From Eledone cirrhosa (taxonomy: Eukaryota): a DNA stretch of 64,000 nt. The notes beneath the pieces were generated by a model. It was not told the DNA's origin and made no database searches. It saw nothing but the letters and a program-made list of their open reading frames with translations. Below, piece by piece: positions 1 to 14,187 of the stretch (position 1 is the stretch's first letter; every line of letters begins with the position of its first letter). Where the stretch lies: positions 17,980,001-18,044,000 of the forward strand of contig OZ024757.1 of assembly GCA_964016885.1 (NCBI GenBank), in the 5' to 3' direction. The translations under genes and the position numbers were made by a program.

Positions 1-52
1 GTGTGTTACAGTGTGTGGCAGTGTGTGTGTGTGTGTGTGTGTGTGTCTGTGT

Positions 53-89
<37 letters not shown>

Positions 90-778
90 AGTGTGTGTGT
101 CAGTGTATGTCAGTGTGTGTTCGACTGGTACAACACATTCAGCTCTCAGCTGTCATGTGTGTACAAATGATGGTGGGTTTATGTCACTGTGTGTGTGTGT
201 TACAGTGTGTGTGTGTGTGTGTGTGTGTGTTACAGTGTGTGTGTGTGTTACAGTGTGTGTGTGTGTGAGTTACAGTGTGTGTGTATGTCAGTGTGTGTTC
301 GACTGGTACAACACCTCCAGCTTTCAGCTGTCATGTGTGTACAAATGATTGTGGGTTTATGTCACTGTGTGTCAGTGTGTATGTGTGTCTCAGTGTGTGT
401 GAGTGTGTGTGTGTGTTACAGTGTGTGTGTGTGTGAGTTACAGTGTGTGTGTATGTCAGTGTGTGTTCGACTGGTACAACACGTACAGCTTTCAGCTGTC
501 ATGTGTGTACAAATGATGGTGGGTTTATGTCACTGTGTGTGTGTGTTACAGTGTGTGGCAGTGTGTGTGTGTGTGTGTGTGTTACAGTGTGTGTCTGTGT
601 GTATGTGTTACAGTGTGTCAGTGTGTGTGTGTGTGTGTGTGTGTATGTCAGTGTGTGTTCGACTGGTACAACACATACAGCTTTCAGCTGTCATGTGTGT
701 ACAAATGATGGTGGGTTTATGTCACTGTGTGTGTGTGTCACAGTGTGCGTCAGTGTGTGTGTGTGTCACTGTGTGCGT

Positions 779-817
<39 letters not shown>

Positions 818-932
818 AGTGTGTGTGTATGTCAGTGTGTGTTCGACTGGTACAACACTCCAGCTTTCAGCTGTCATGTGTGTACAAATGATGGTGGGTT
901 TATGTCACTGTGTGTGTGTGTTACAGTGTGTG

Positions 933-972
<40 letters not shown>

Positions 973-1127
973 AGTGTATGTCAGTGTGTGTTCGACTGGT
1001 ACAACACATTCAGCTTTCAGCTGTCATGTGTGTACAAATGATGGTGGGTTTATGTCACTGTGTGTGTGTGTCACTGTGTGCGTCAGTGTGTGTGTGTGTG
1101 TGTGTGTCACTGTGCGTCAGTGTGTGT

Positions 1128-1164
<37 letters not shown>

Positions 1165-1315
1165 AGTGTGTGTGTATGTCAGTGTGTGTTCGACTGGTAC
1201 AACATCTACAGCTTTCAGCTGTCATGTGTGTACAGATGATGGTGGGTTTATGTCACTGTGGTGTGTGTGTCACTGTGTGCGTCAGGTGTGTGTGTGTGTG
1301 TGTCACTGTGTGCGT

Positions 1316-1358
<43 letters not shown>

Positions 1359-1465
1359 AGTGTGTGTGTATGTCAGTGTGTGTTCGACTGGTACAACACG
1401 TACAGCTTTCAGCTGTCATGTGTGTACAAATGATGGTGGGTTTATGTCACTGTGTGTGTGTGTTA

Positions 1466-1520
<55 letters not shown>

Positions 1521-1621
1521 AGTGTATGTCAGTGTGTGTTCGACTGGTACAACACGTACAGCTTTCAGCTGTCATGTGTGTACAAATGATGGTGGGTTTA
1601 TGTCACTGTGTGTGTGTGTTA

Positions 1622-1656
<35 letters not shown>

Positions 1657-2524
1657 AGTGTGTGTGTGTGTGAGTTACAGTGTGTGTGTATGTCAGTGTG
1701 TGTTCGACTGGTACAACACCTCCAGCTTTCAGCTGTCATGTGTGTACAAATGATGGTGGGTTTATGTCACTGTGTGTGTGTGTTACAGTGTGTCAGTGCG
1801 TGTGTGTGTGTGTATGTGTGTGTGTGTGTGTGTCAGTGTGTCTCAGTGTGTGTGTGTGTGGATGTATGTCCCTTGTGTGTATCAGTGTGTGTATGTCAGT
1901 GTGTGTTCGACTGGTACAACACCTACAGCTTTCAGCTGTCATGTGTGTACAAATGGTGGTGGGTTTATGTCAGTGTGTGTGTGTGTCACTGTGTGTGTGT
2001 GTGTGTGTGTGAGTTACAGTGTGTGTGTATGTCAGTGTGTGTTCGACTGGTACAACACCTCCAGCTTTCAGCTGTCATGTGTGTACAAATGATGGTGGGT
2101 TTATGTCACTGTGTGTCACTGTGTGTCAGTGTGTATGTGTGTCTCAGTGTGTGTGAGTGTGTGTGTGTGTGTGTGTTACAGTGTGTGTGTGTTACAGTGT
2201 GTGTGTGTGTGAGTTACAGTGTGTGTGTATGTCAGTGTGTGTTCGACTGGTACAACACATCCAGCTTTCAGCTGTCATGTGTGTACAAATGATGGTGGGT
2301 TTATGTCACTGTGTGTGTCACTGTGTGTCAGTGTGTGTGTGTGTGTGTATGTGTGTGTGTGTGTGTGTCAGTGTGTCTCAGTGTGTGTGTGTGTGTGGAT
2401 GTATGTCCCTTGTGTGTATCAGTGTGTGTATGTCAGTGTGTGTTCGACTGGTACAACACCTACAGCTTTCAGCTGTCATGTGTGTACAAATGATTGTGGG
2501 TTTATGTCAGTGTGTGCGTGTGTC

Positions 2525-2558
<34 letters not shown>

Positions 2559-2700
2559 GTGTGTGTGTGTGTGTTACAGTGTGTCAGTGTGTGTGTGTGT
2601 TACAGTGTGTGTGTATGTCAGTGTGTGTTCGACTAGTACAACACCTACAGCTTTCAGATGTCATTCAATGTGTGTACAAATGATGGTGGGTTATGTCACT
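1..2700. repeat. Compound tandem array: ~85-bp conserved core (GTATGTCAGTGTGTGTTCGACTGGTACAACACnnnCAGCTTTCAGCTGTCATGTGTGTACAAATGATGGTGGGTTTATGTCACTG) separated by variable (GT)n-rich spacers, ~15 copies
   Basis: TTCGACT(G/A)GTACAAC recurs at ~120, 298, 466, 658, 842, 991, 1189, 1383, 1539, 1703, 1906, 2042, 2243, 2443, 2628; the array probably continues left of the window. Confidence 0.95.
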
Positions 2701-3450
2701 GTGTGTGTGTGTGTCACTGTATATGTGTATGTCAGTGTATGTCACTGTGTGTGTGTGTGTGTCACTGTATATGTGTATGTCAGTGTATGTCACTGTGTGT
2801 GTGTGTGTCACTGTATATGTGTATGTCAGTGTATGTCACTGTGTGTGTGTGTCACTGTATATGTGTATGTCAGTGTATGTCACTGTGTGTGTGTGTGTGT
2901 GTCACTGTATATGTGTATGTCAGTGTATGTCACTGTGTGTGTGTGTGTCACTGTATATGTGTATGTCAGTGTATGTCACTGTGTGTGTGTGTGTCACTGT
3001 ATATGTGTATGTCAGTGTATGTCACTGTGTGTGTGTGTCACTGTATATGTGTATGTCAGTGTATGTCACTGTGTGTGTGTGTGTCACTGTATATGTGTAT
3101 GTCAGTGTATGTCACTGTGTGTGTGTGTCACTGTATATGTGTATGTCAGTGTATGTCACTGTGTGTGTGTGTGTCACTGTATATGTGTATGTCAGTGTAT
3201 GTCACTGTGTGTGTGTGTGTCACTGTATATGTGTATGTTAGTGTATGTCACTGTGTGTGTGTGTGTCACTGTATATTTGTATGTCAGTGTATGTCACTGT
3301 GTGTGTGTGTGTCACTGTATATGTGTATGTCACTGTGTGTGTGTGTCACTGTATATGTGTATGTCAGTGTATGTCACTGTGTGTGTGTGTGTCACTGTAT
3401 ATGTGTATGTCAGTGTATGTCACTGTGTGTGTGTGTGTGTGTGTGTATGT
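2690..3450. repeat. ~40-46 bp minisatellite GTCACTGTATATGTGTATGTCAGTGTATGTCACT(GT)n
   Basis: Directly visible tandem unit with variable GT length. Confidence 0.92.
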
Positions 3451-4560
3451 GTGTGTGTATGTTACTGTGTGTATGTGTGTGAGTGTCAGTGTGTGTGAGT
3501 GTCAGTGAATGTGAGTGTCAGTGAATGTGAGTGTTAGTGTGTTTGTGTCAGTGTGTTTGTGTCAGTGTGTGTGTGTCAGTGTGTGTGTGTCACTGTGTGT
3601 GTGTGTTTCAGTGTGTATCAGTGTGTGTGTGCATGTCACTATGTGTGTCAGTGGGTGTGTGTGTGTATCAGTGTGTGTGTCACTGTGTGTGTGTGTGTCA
3701 GTGTGTATCAGTGTGTGTGTGTGTATGTCAGTATGTGTGTATCAGTGTGTGTGTCAGTGTGTGTGTCAGTGTGTGTGTGTGTGTGTATGTCAGTGGATGT
3801 GTGTGTGCCACTGTGTGTGTCAGTGGGTGTGTGTGTGTCACTGTGTGTGTCAGTGTGTTTGTGTCAGTGTGTTTGTGTCAGTGTGTGTGTGTCACTGTGT
3901 GTGTGTTTCAGTGTGTATCAGTGTGTGTGTGCATGTCACTATGTGTGTCAGTGGGTGTGTGTGTGTATCAGTGTGTGTGTCACTGTGTGTGTGTGTGTCA
4001 GTGTGTATCAGTGTGTGTGTGTGTATGTCACTGTGTGTGTCAGTGGGTGTGTGTGTGTATCAGTGTGTGTGTCAGTGTGTGTGTGTGTGTATGTCAGTGG
4101 ATGTGTGTGTGTCACTGTGTGTGTCAGTGGGTGTGTGTGTGTCACTGTGTGTGTCAGTGTGTTTGTGTCAGTGTGTGTGTGTCACTGTGTGTGTGTGTTT
4201 CAGTGTGTATCAGTGTGTGTGTGCATGTCACTATGTGTGTCAGTGGGTGTGTGTGTGTATCAGTGTGTGTGTCACTGTGTGTGTGTGTGTCAGTGTGTAT
4301 CAGTGTGTGTGTGTGTGTGTGTATGTCACTGTATGTGTCAGTGGGTGTGTGTGTGTATCAGTGTGTGTGTCAGTGTGTGTGTGTGTGTCAGTGTGTATCA
4401 GTGTGTGTGTCACTGTGTGTGTGTGTGTCAGTGTGTATCAGTGTGTGTGTGTGTGTGTATGTCACTGTGTGTGTCAGTGGGTGTGTGTGTGTATCAGTGT
4501 GTGTGTGTGTGTGTGTGTGTGTATATCAGTGGATGTGTGTGTGTGTCACTGTGTGTGTGT
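3450..4560. repeat. Interrupted (GT)n microsatellite with CAGT/CACT punctuation and higher-order duplication
   Basis: Block GTTTCAGTGTGTATCAGT..GCATGTCACTATG recurs at ~3605, 3905, 4197. Confidence 0.9.
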
Positions 4561-4859
4561 GCGCGCGCGGGCGTGCAGGGTATTAGACGCTATCCGTCTT
4601 TCGTTGTCACCCATTCCCTGTTGGTCCTGTGTCTGTGTGTTGGTCCTGTGAAAACATGGCAGTCATTTCATTCCTCAAACGTTTCTTCACTTTCTCAACT
4701 TTGTGTACGTGTGTACGTGTGGAGATAAAGCCATGGCCGTAGCCGTAAGACGCTCGTTTCGTAGTCGTAAGGTCCAGCGGTCAATTTTACTGCGTGACAT
4801 GTTGGGTTAGGGTCTTTTACCGTAGCTTCGGAGGAAAATAACGGGGTTCTGGGTGAAGC

Positions 4860-5570
4860 GAGAGAGACGGCGATGGAGAAGTGGAGAGAGATGTGAGGGA
4901 TGAGAGAGAGGGAGAGAGACAGAGATGAGAGAGGGAGATGGAGAAGTGGAGAGAGATGTGAGGGATGAGAGAGAGGGAGAGAGACAGAGATGAGAGAGGG
5001 AGAGAGAGAGGGCGCGAGGGAAAGAGATGAGATGTTAGCGAGTGAGAGAGAGAGTGAGAGAGAGAGTGAGAGAGAGAGAGTGAGAGTGAGAGTGTGAGAG
5101 AGAGTAATAGTAAGAGAGAGTAAGAGAGAGATTAAGATAGAGAGAGTAAGATAGAGAGAGTAAGATAGAGAGAGAGTTACATAGAGTGAGTAAGAGAGAG
5201 AGATAAGAAAGAGATGTGAGAGATGAGAGAGAGAGAGAGATAAGAACGAGATGTGAGAGATGAGAGAGAGAGAGAGAGATAAGAAAGAGATGTGAGAGAT
5301 GAGAGAAAGAGATGAGAGAGAGAGAGATATGCGAGAGAGAGAGAGATGCGAGAGAGAGAGTGATGCGAGAGAGAGAGAGAGTGTTGAGAGAGAGAGAGAG
5401 TGATGAGAGAGAGAGAGTGATGAGAGAGAGAGTGATGAGAGAGAGAGAGAGATGCGAGAGAGAGAGAGTGATGCGAGAGAGAGAGAGAGAGTGATGAGAG
5501 AGAGAGAGTGATGAGAGAGAGAGTGATGAGAGAGAGAGATAGATGAGAGAGACATGAGAGAGAGATGAAG
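4860..5570. repeat. Interrupted (GA)n microsatellite
   Basis: Direct inspection. Confidence 0.95.
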
Positions 5571-5651
5571 ATAAAGGAACCAAATAAATATATATATTTT
5601 TTTAAAAATAAGACTCCAGTTGCATTTTCGATTTCATCTTTTCTATCTATA

Positions 5652-5689
<38 letters not shown>

Positions 5690-6084
5690 TGGAAATCTGG
5701 GACTTGACTCTTTCTTCACTCACTTTTCCTTGCTTTACCATCTTTGTTTGTTTACACTCTCGCTCGTTCCTCTTATTTACGTGTCCCAACGACTTTCTTT
5801 AGCCGTTGCTCGCACCAACCGGAGGTATATGGACTTTAAAGCGATGAAATACAATGATGGTTGGAAGATCACTGATGAAGGACTAACTTTATTCATATGT
5901 AACCAATTTGCAACCACGCAGCACGTTTGTTCTCATATATATATATACCAACAACCTTACCCAGATATATAGAGAGATGTATACCAACCTCCCTACCATA
6001 AATGGACTTGTTATTTTTATCTAAAGACATTTTTTCCAATTCCATCCCGCCTGTCCCCTCAATCTATTTTATTTCTCATTCTTT

Positions 6085-6119
6085 CTTCTGATGAAGGACT
6101 AGCGTCCGAAACGTTAAGG
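6085..6119 (+). ncRNA. Minimal type I hammerhead ribozyme motif
   Basis: ctt CTGATGA a ggac-tagc-gtcc GAAAC GT TA agg: core boxes, 4-bp stem II, palindromic AACGTT stem III; stem I is weak. Confidence 0.75.
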
Positions 6120-6233
6120 TTCTCTTCCTGGTATATCAAGCGTTAACCTAATATAAACCTTCATATACTATACCGATTGTGTTGTTATTTCTGTTTAGCT
6201 TTTACATACATACATACATACTTACATACAAAC

Positions 6234-6643
6234 ATGGTGGCTGCCAACTCGTTTTCGAGTACGGCCACTACTTTATATCCATGTAGGAGAACCCCTACCG
6301 ATGCGCCTAAACAAGTGTGACTTTTTAGTCCAGCCAGCAACTTGAAAACTCTGGTACAAACACTGCACTTGTGACAATTATTGACACATAGTGCTGGGCC
6401 CATGGTACCATGTGACGACAAGTGCAGAGAGATCTCCAGATATAAAGCAATGCCTGTACTGTGAAGCTTTATAGTGAGCAAAGGCACTGCACAAAGCCAG
6501 TCCAACTCTCTTAACCAAGATGATATTTACCAAAAAGAACAAGTCAACATCATTGGATACTATCAGGGTTGCAGGTGTTATATCAGAGTTTTACTTCTCC
6601 TAGAATTTTGCCTTGGCAAAGGCTAAGGGGTCATCTCTCCCGG
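6234..6643 (-). mobile_element. Non-autonomous RTE-related element, 5'-truncated copy
   Basis: Near-identical to the first ~410 nt of 12903-13512; (ATAC)n next to its 3' end. Confidence 0.8.
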
Positions 6644-6774
6644 ACATACATCCATAAATACATATATATATATATATACATATATAATATACATACATAT
6701 TATATATATATATATATTTATTAAAATAAAAGATTAAAGTTTAAGCAAAGAATCGCTGCTTTCACCCTTAACGG

Positions 6775-7098
6775 CCCCGTAAGGATGAAAGGCAAAGTTA
6801 ACCTCGGCGGGATTTGAACTCAGTATGGCAAGGGCCGTAACTCTATGCGTCAAATCATGGAATCCGATCCTCTAACGATACTGCCAATCCACCGGCTTAA
6901 TAATAAAAATAATAATTGTTTCTACTTTAGGCACAAGGCCAGCAAATTACCCCCAGTGCATTACTGGTACTTTATTTTATCGACCCCCGTAAGGATGAAA
7001 GCAAAGTTAACTTCGGCGCGATTTGAACTCAGAATGGCAAGGGCCGTAACTCTATGCGACGAATCATGGCGTCCGACTCTCTACTGATAGTGCCAATA
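6775..7098 (-). mobile_element. Two adjacent copies of tRNA-derived SINE family A (6775-6896 partial; 6914-7098)
   Basis: Minus strand has A-box-like TGGCAGTATCG, B-box-like GAGTTCAAATC and central CTTTCATCCTTACGGGGTCGATAAAATAAAGTACCAG resembling the Nin SINE domain (recalled, not searched). Confidence 0.85.
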
Positions 7099-7822
7099 AT
7101 GATGTGTATAAATCGAAGTTGTAGCCGCAGTGTAGCCGATACCAATGGAATTATTGGAGTCAGTCACAAAGCACTCAATGGTGGGAGAATTTAGTAGACT
7201 TTCGTCCAAAGTAAACAGAAAGTTAAGTAAGTGTGACACCCAGAGAAGCGACCAAATGTGTGGTCGATACATCAATATATATATACATCAATATGTGTGT
7301 GTGTGTGTGTACACACATCTTTGTAGATACATGGTGTGAGTTTGTCAAACTACAACAGCATAACACCACCAGAACCCCACCTACCATTAACACCGCCACA
7401 AACACCACTGCCTCCGCACAACCACACCACCACCACTACCATCATCATAACTACCATCTCTTCGACCTCACCACTAGCCCCCCCCCACACCATCAACATC
7501 ACTGCTTCTTCACCACAAGCCTCCCACCACCACTACTATGATCATAACTACCATCTCTACGATCTCAGCACTACCCCCCACCCCCCCTCCGACATCACAA
7601 CCACACCACCACCAAACTATAACACAACCCACTACAGAAGATAACACTGTCTACACCATACATCCATACCACCGGAGTGATAAGGGAAGCTAATATTTCC
7701 GTGTGTTTTGTCATAGCTAGTTTCGCCGTCGGCAGTGACGAGAATCACGTTACTGTCCGATTACTTAACACTATTACTATATCACATTCTCTCTGCTCAT
7801 CTTTACCTCTTTACTCACTTTG

Positions 7823-7886
<64 letters not shown>

Positions 7887-8274
7887 CACACACACACACA
7901 TACATACATACACATATATATACAGTATGTATATAATTTTTGTGTATTTGAAAAAAATATTTTTACCTCTAGGCTATTTTTGTATATTTCCTTACCTCAT
8001 TGTTTCATGTTTGATATTTAGATTCTATTTTCCTCTCTCTCTCTCTCTGTCTCTCTCTTTCAAACACACACTCCCCTCTCCCCCTCTCTCTATCCAGTGA
8101 AACTTGTTAACACACAAGCTGTAACAATTACCGATATTTAAGTAAAAAATCTTTTGCATTAAAAAATATATCTTGGTAATTATGAATCAGTCTTTTGGAT
8201 ATTTTTGCTCGATTTCCACATCTGTTTTTTTTTTTTTTTCACAGAATTTCAATGGTTTCACTCCATCCATAATT

Positions 8275-8306
<32 letters not shown>

Positions 8307-8617
8307 GTTATCACTGTTGTTTTGTTGCGCATAAATGAAACAGCATATAAAGTCTTCATATTTTGTTAAGCCATTGAAACCGTAATCTTGTAATGTGCTA
8401 ATGATAAAAAAAAACCATTAATATTATTATTGATATTAATTATTATTACATTACTATTATTGTTATTATTTCTATTATTGTTATTATTATTATCATCGAA
8501 AACCCCTAATGTGTATTTTTTTCTTGTCGTTTGTAAGACTATTCCTCAACCGACTCACTTATCTTAAGCTAATATACATGCGTTATTCCTATAAGCCCAT
8601 TGTGTTAACTATTGTGA

Positions 8618-10132
<1,515 letters not shown>

Positions 10133-10419
10133 AATGAATTGTAAATGATTTTGCGTAGAAAAATTACAGTAGAGAAAATAATATTACTCTTACCGTGGTC
10201 TTCAAACGTTGACGATGTTTTAAATATACATGACACAGAGGGAATAGGCCATTCAGAAATACTGAACCATTACGAGGGTCAACTGTAACAAACAATAAAA
10301 TGAAGGTTAAATATGAATACACAAGAGTGAAGGAAATATATTATATGAAGGTGAAAACAAATAGACAGAGAAACTAAAAAATACAACGGAATGAAATATT
10401 TGTTATATGTAGGACACAT

Positions 10420-11247
10420 GAGAGAGAGTGCAGAAAACAATAGAGTATAGTAGAGAGAGAGTGCAGGAAACAATAGAGTATAGTAAAGAGAGAGTGCAGG
10501 AAACAATAGAGTATAGTAAAGAGAGAGTGCAGGAAACAATAGAGTATAGTAAAGAGAGAGTGCAGGAAACAATAGAGTATAGTAGAGAGAGAGTGCAGAA
10601 AACAATAGAGTATAGTAGAGAGAGAGTGCAGAAAACAATAGAGTATAATAGAGAGAGTGTGCAGGAAACAATAGAGTATAGTAAAGAGAGAGTGCAGGAA
10701 ACAATAGAGTATAGTAGAGAGAGAGTGCAGAAAACAATAGAGTATAGTAGAGAGAGAGTGCAGAAAACAATAGAGTATAGTAGAGAGAGAGTGCAGGAAA
10801 CAATAGAGTATAGTAAAGAGAGAGTGCAGGAAACAATAGAGTATAGTAGAGAGAGAGTGCAGAAAACAATAGAGTATAGTAGAGAGAGAGTGCAGGAAAC
10901 AATAGAGTATAGTAGAGAGAGAGTGCAGGAAACAATAGAGTATAGTAAAGAGAGAGTGCAGGAAACAATAGAGTATAGTAAAGAGAGAGTGCAGGAAACA
11001 ATAGAGTATAGTAGAGAGAGAGTGCAGGAAACAATAGAGTATAGTAGAGAGAGAGTGCAGGAAACAATAGAGTATAGTAGAGAGAGAGTGCAGGAAACAA
11101 TAGAGTATAGTAGAGAGAGAGTGCAGGAAACAATAGAGTATAGTAGAGAGAGAGTGCAGGAAACAATAGAGTATAGTAAAGAGAGAGTGCAGGAAACAAT
11201 AGAGTATAGTAAAGAGAGAGTGCAGGAAACAATAGAGTATAGTAGAA
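10420..11247. repeat. 33-bp minisatellite GAGAGAGTGCAG(G/A)AAACAATAGAGTATAGTA(G/A)A, ~25 copies
   Basis: 33-nt period gives the 11-aa repeat in ORF 10428..11282. Confidence 0.97.
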
Positions 11248-12232
11248 AGAGATTACGAGGGTCTACCGTCAGACATGAGTGACCCATACACAGACAGGAG
11301 AAGAAGGGAATTTATAAAGCAGGGAAAAGTCTCTTATGGAAGTACAGATAAAAAAGCCACAATCAAATAGAAGCGTTGACATTAGGAATGGCCCCCAAGC
11401 GGAGATGGTAGAAAATAGAGGGCGATAATCAGTCACGAAAGCATAAAGTGTGAGAAGGGGGAATAACAAAATGGAGGTTTGTAGACACAATTAAAAGTTG
11501 GAAGACATCAATGAAATCATTCCATCTCCTGATGAAGTATTAGTCTTTATCGATTATATCAAGCGATATACTGATATAATTGTCCATTGCTCTATGCCAT
11601 TTGCTTGGTTATTTCTGTTAACGTTTTGCACACACATACCAACATATATCTATAAAGACAGACAGACAGACAGACAGATTCCAAAGTTGATTCGGAATAA
11701 CCAAAGTTGAAATAGGTGTTCAATATATTGGTAGAGTATAGTTCACTTTGTTATATCTAGAAGTGGAATCATAGGAATTGTCCCACACACATATATACAT
11801 AGATACACACACACACATATGTGTATATATATACGTATATAGATAAATATATACACATATATATATACATACATATGTGTACACACATAGAATTAAATAT
11901 ACGCATATACATACACGCCGTCTTTCTCAATTAGGAAGATGGAGAGACATTCTTCAAAACTTAATTTTCAATTTCTAATTATTTTTAATTGTAATATTCA
12001 ACATTTGATAAGATGTATTACACTGATACATCGAAACCAGTTATATATTATTTATTTTATATGCATTATTTTGATAATTTCACTTTGACAGATCAAAGAA
12101 GAAGAAAAACGTCAACAGATTCTTCAAATATATTTTCCGTGCTATTTCTATTTCCTCTTTTTCTCTCTAACCGCAGTGTTGTATAGAACCTTATTCCCTT
12201 TTCATATATATATATATATATACATACATACA

Positions 12233-12280
<48 letters not shown>

Positions 12281-12805
12281 CATACATATATACATATATA
12301 TATACATACATATATACATATATATATACATACATATATACATATATATACATATATATACATATACATATACATACATATATATACATATATACATACA
12401 TACATATACGTATATATATATATGTATATATATAGAGAGAGAGACAAATATATATATAGATATATGCACATATACATATTAGAAAATGTGTGAAATACTT
12501 GGTACAGTTAGGTATATTTGAAAAAAAGGAAAAGAATGACTTCACTCGTAGTTCTAAACAGTTTAACTTTATAATATTACAATTATACTATATATAGTTA
12601 AGAAAGTAGAATTGATATGGAGGGTTTGTGGTTTTCCTCGTATCTGAGATGCTAGAAAAACCACAACCCCTCCATCTCAATTCTGCTTTTGAAAACAATA
12701 AAAAGTGTGAAACCGGTAAAGGCAACAAATAAATATTCTTAAAAAGACTCCAATTGCATTTTCGATTTCTTTTGTTTATACTTTCATTAATTTTGGACAT
12801 TTTCT

Positions 12806-12855
<50 letters not shown>

Positions 12856-12902
12856 TAAACTTATACATACATATATATATACACGTATACATACATACAT
12901 AT

Positions 12903-13512
12903 ATGGTGGCTGCCAACTCGTTTTCGAGTACGGCCACTACTTTATATGCATGTAGGAGAACCCCTACCGATGCGCTGAACGAGTGTGACTTTTTAGTCCA
13001 GCCAGCGACTTGAAAACTCTGGTACAAATATTACACTTGTAACAATTATTGACACATAGTGCTGGGACCATGGTACCATGTGACGATAGGTGCAGAGAGA
13101 TCTCCAGATATAAAGCAATGCCTGTGCCGTGAAGCTTTTATAGTGAGCAAAGGCACTGCACAAAGCCAGTCCCGCTCTCTTAACCAAGATGATATTTACC
13201 AAAAAGAAGAACAAGTCAACATCATTGGATACCATCAGGGTTGCAGGTGTTATATCAGAGTTTTCCTTCTCGTAGAATTCTGCCTTGACAAAGGCTAAGG
13301 GGTCATCTCTCCCGGTGATTTTGGATGGCCATTGACTCTTAAGAGCTCCTTTGCCCTTTGACAGGTTTTGTTTTTAGTCCTGCAGGATGTCCAAAGTCAT
13401 CCTCCTCATCAAGAAACCTTGGTGGGCTTGCCAGTTTAGTCGCCAACGACTCGAACATGAGACTGGTTGTACTGGGATACATGTTACCAGTAGCACCAAC
13501 TGGTGACTTGAC
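12903..13512 (-). mobile_element. ~610-bp non-coding RTE-related element, apparently full-length
   Basis: Dispersed copies in the window; minus strand has GTCGTTGGCGACTAAACTGG and CTA(G/C)GAGAAGGAAAACTCTGAT (motifs recalled from RTE 5' UTRs); ends GGCAGCCACCAT + (ATGT)n. Confidence 0.8.
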
Positions 13513-13676
13513 ACAAACATACATATATGTATACATACATACATATATATGTATGTATACGTATACATAGATACAAATATATACGTATGCATGCATATAT
13601 ATATATATATATATATATACGTATATATATACGTCTACATACACACACGCACATACATATATATATATATATATAT

Positions 13677-13840
13677 AAGTTTTAATATAGATGAGATTCT
13701 ACAGGACTAGAACTGTTTCATTTCTAAAGAATGTAACAGTTCTAGTCCTGTAGAATCTCATCTATATTAAAACTTTTATACTCTGCAATGTATTGAGTAC
13801 CTTTCTTACTGTGGTTACCCCCGATTCAACCCGGAATAAC

Positions 13841-13841
<1 letters not shown>
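13677..13841 (+). mobile_element. Fold-back hammerhead-derived mini-element (Penelope pLTR-like) in (TA)n
   Basis: Inverted arms ~13677-13722 and ~13730-13775 centred on TTC-TAAA-GAA, the stem II of the intact hammerhead at 20151-20199. Confidence 0.75.
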
Positions 13842-13891
<50 letters not shown>

Positions 13892-14002
13892 TATATACGT
13901 CAACACACACACATACATACATATATATATATATATAGTTTAATAAATAAACAGCGAACAAAATACTGAAAAACGAAGAAGCAGTACAAACGGTATCAAT
14001 AT

Positions 14003-14087
14003 TTGTTTCTACTTTAGGCACAAGGCCAGCAATTACCCCAGTTCATTACTGGTACTTTATTTTATCGACCCCGTAAGGATGAAAGGG
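14003..14087 (-). mobile_element. SINE family A 3' fragment
   Basis: Matches 6914-6995. Confidence 0.8.
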
Positions 14088-14187
14088 ACAGTCAATGGTA
14101 TTAATATTAGTTTCACACAGTTATATATACGTATATAGATATATATATATATATACAAATACACACAGACATATATATATATATATA

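Noticed and set aside
1-2700. CRISPR array
   Set aside because: Spacers are low-complexity (GT)n variants, the repeat is ~85 bp, there are no cas genes, and the context is eukaryotic
1-4728. Long Cys/Val-rich ORFs
   Set aside because: Translations of (GT)n, open in several frames at once
7081-7275. Possible host exon (LFTLDESLLNSPTIECFVTDSNNSIGIGY)
   Set aside because: No recognisable domain or confident splice sites, and it overlaps a SINE end
10279-11287. 11-aa repeat protein (coiled-coil-like ERVQETIEYSR)
   Set aside because: Consequence of a 33-bp minisatellite; open on both strands; no splice or start evidence
11528-11560. Hammerhead at CTGATGA (11529)
   Set aside because: No stem II or GAAA follows
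12000-12046. Functional hammerhead (TTGATAA gatgtat..atacatc GAAAC cagTTA)
   Set aside because: Core box has two substitutions and stem I is poor; counted only as a decayed relic, as is ~12685-12724
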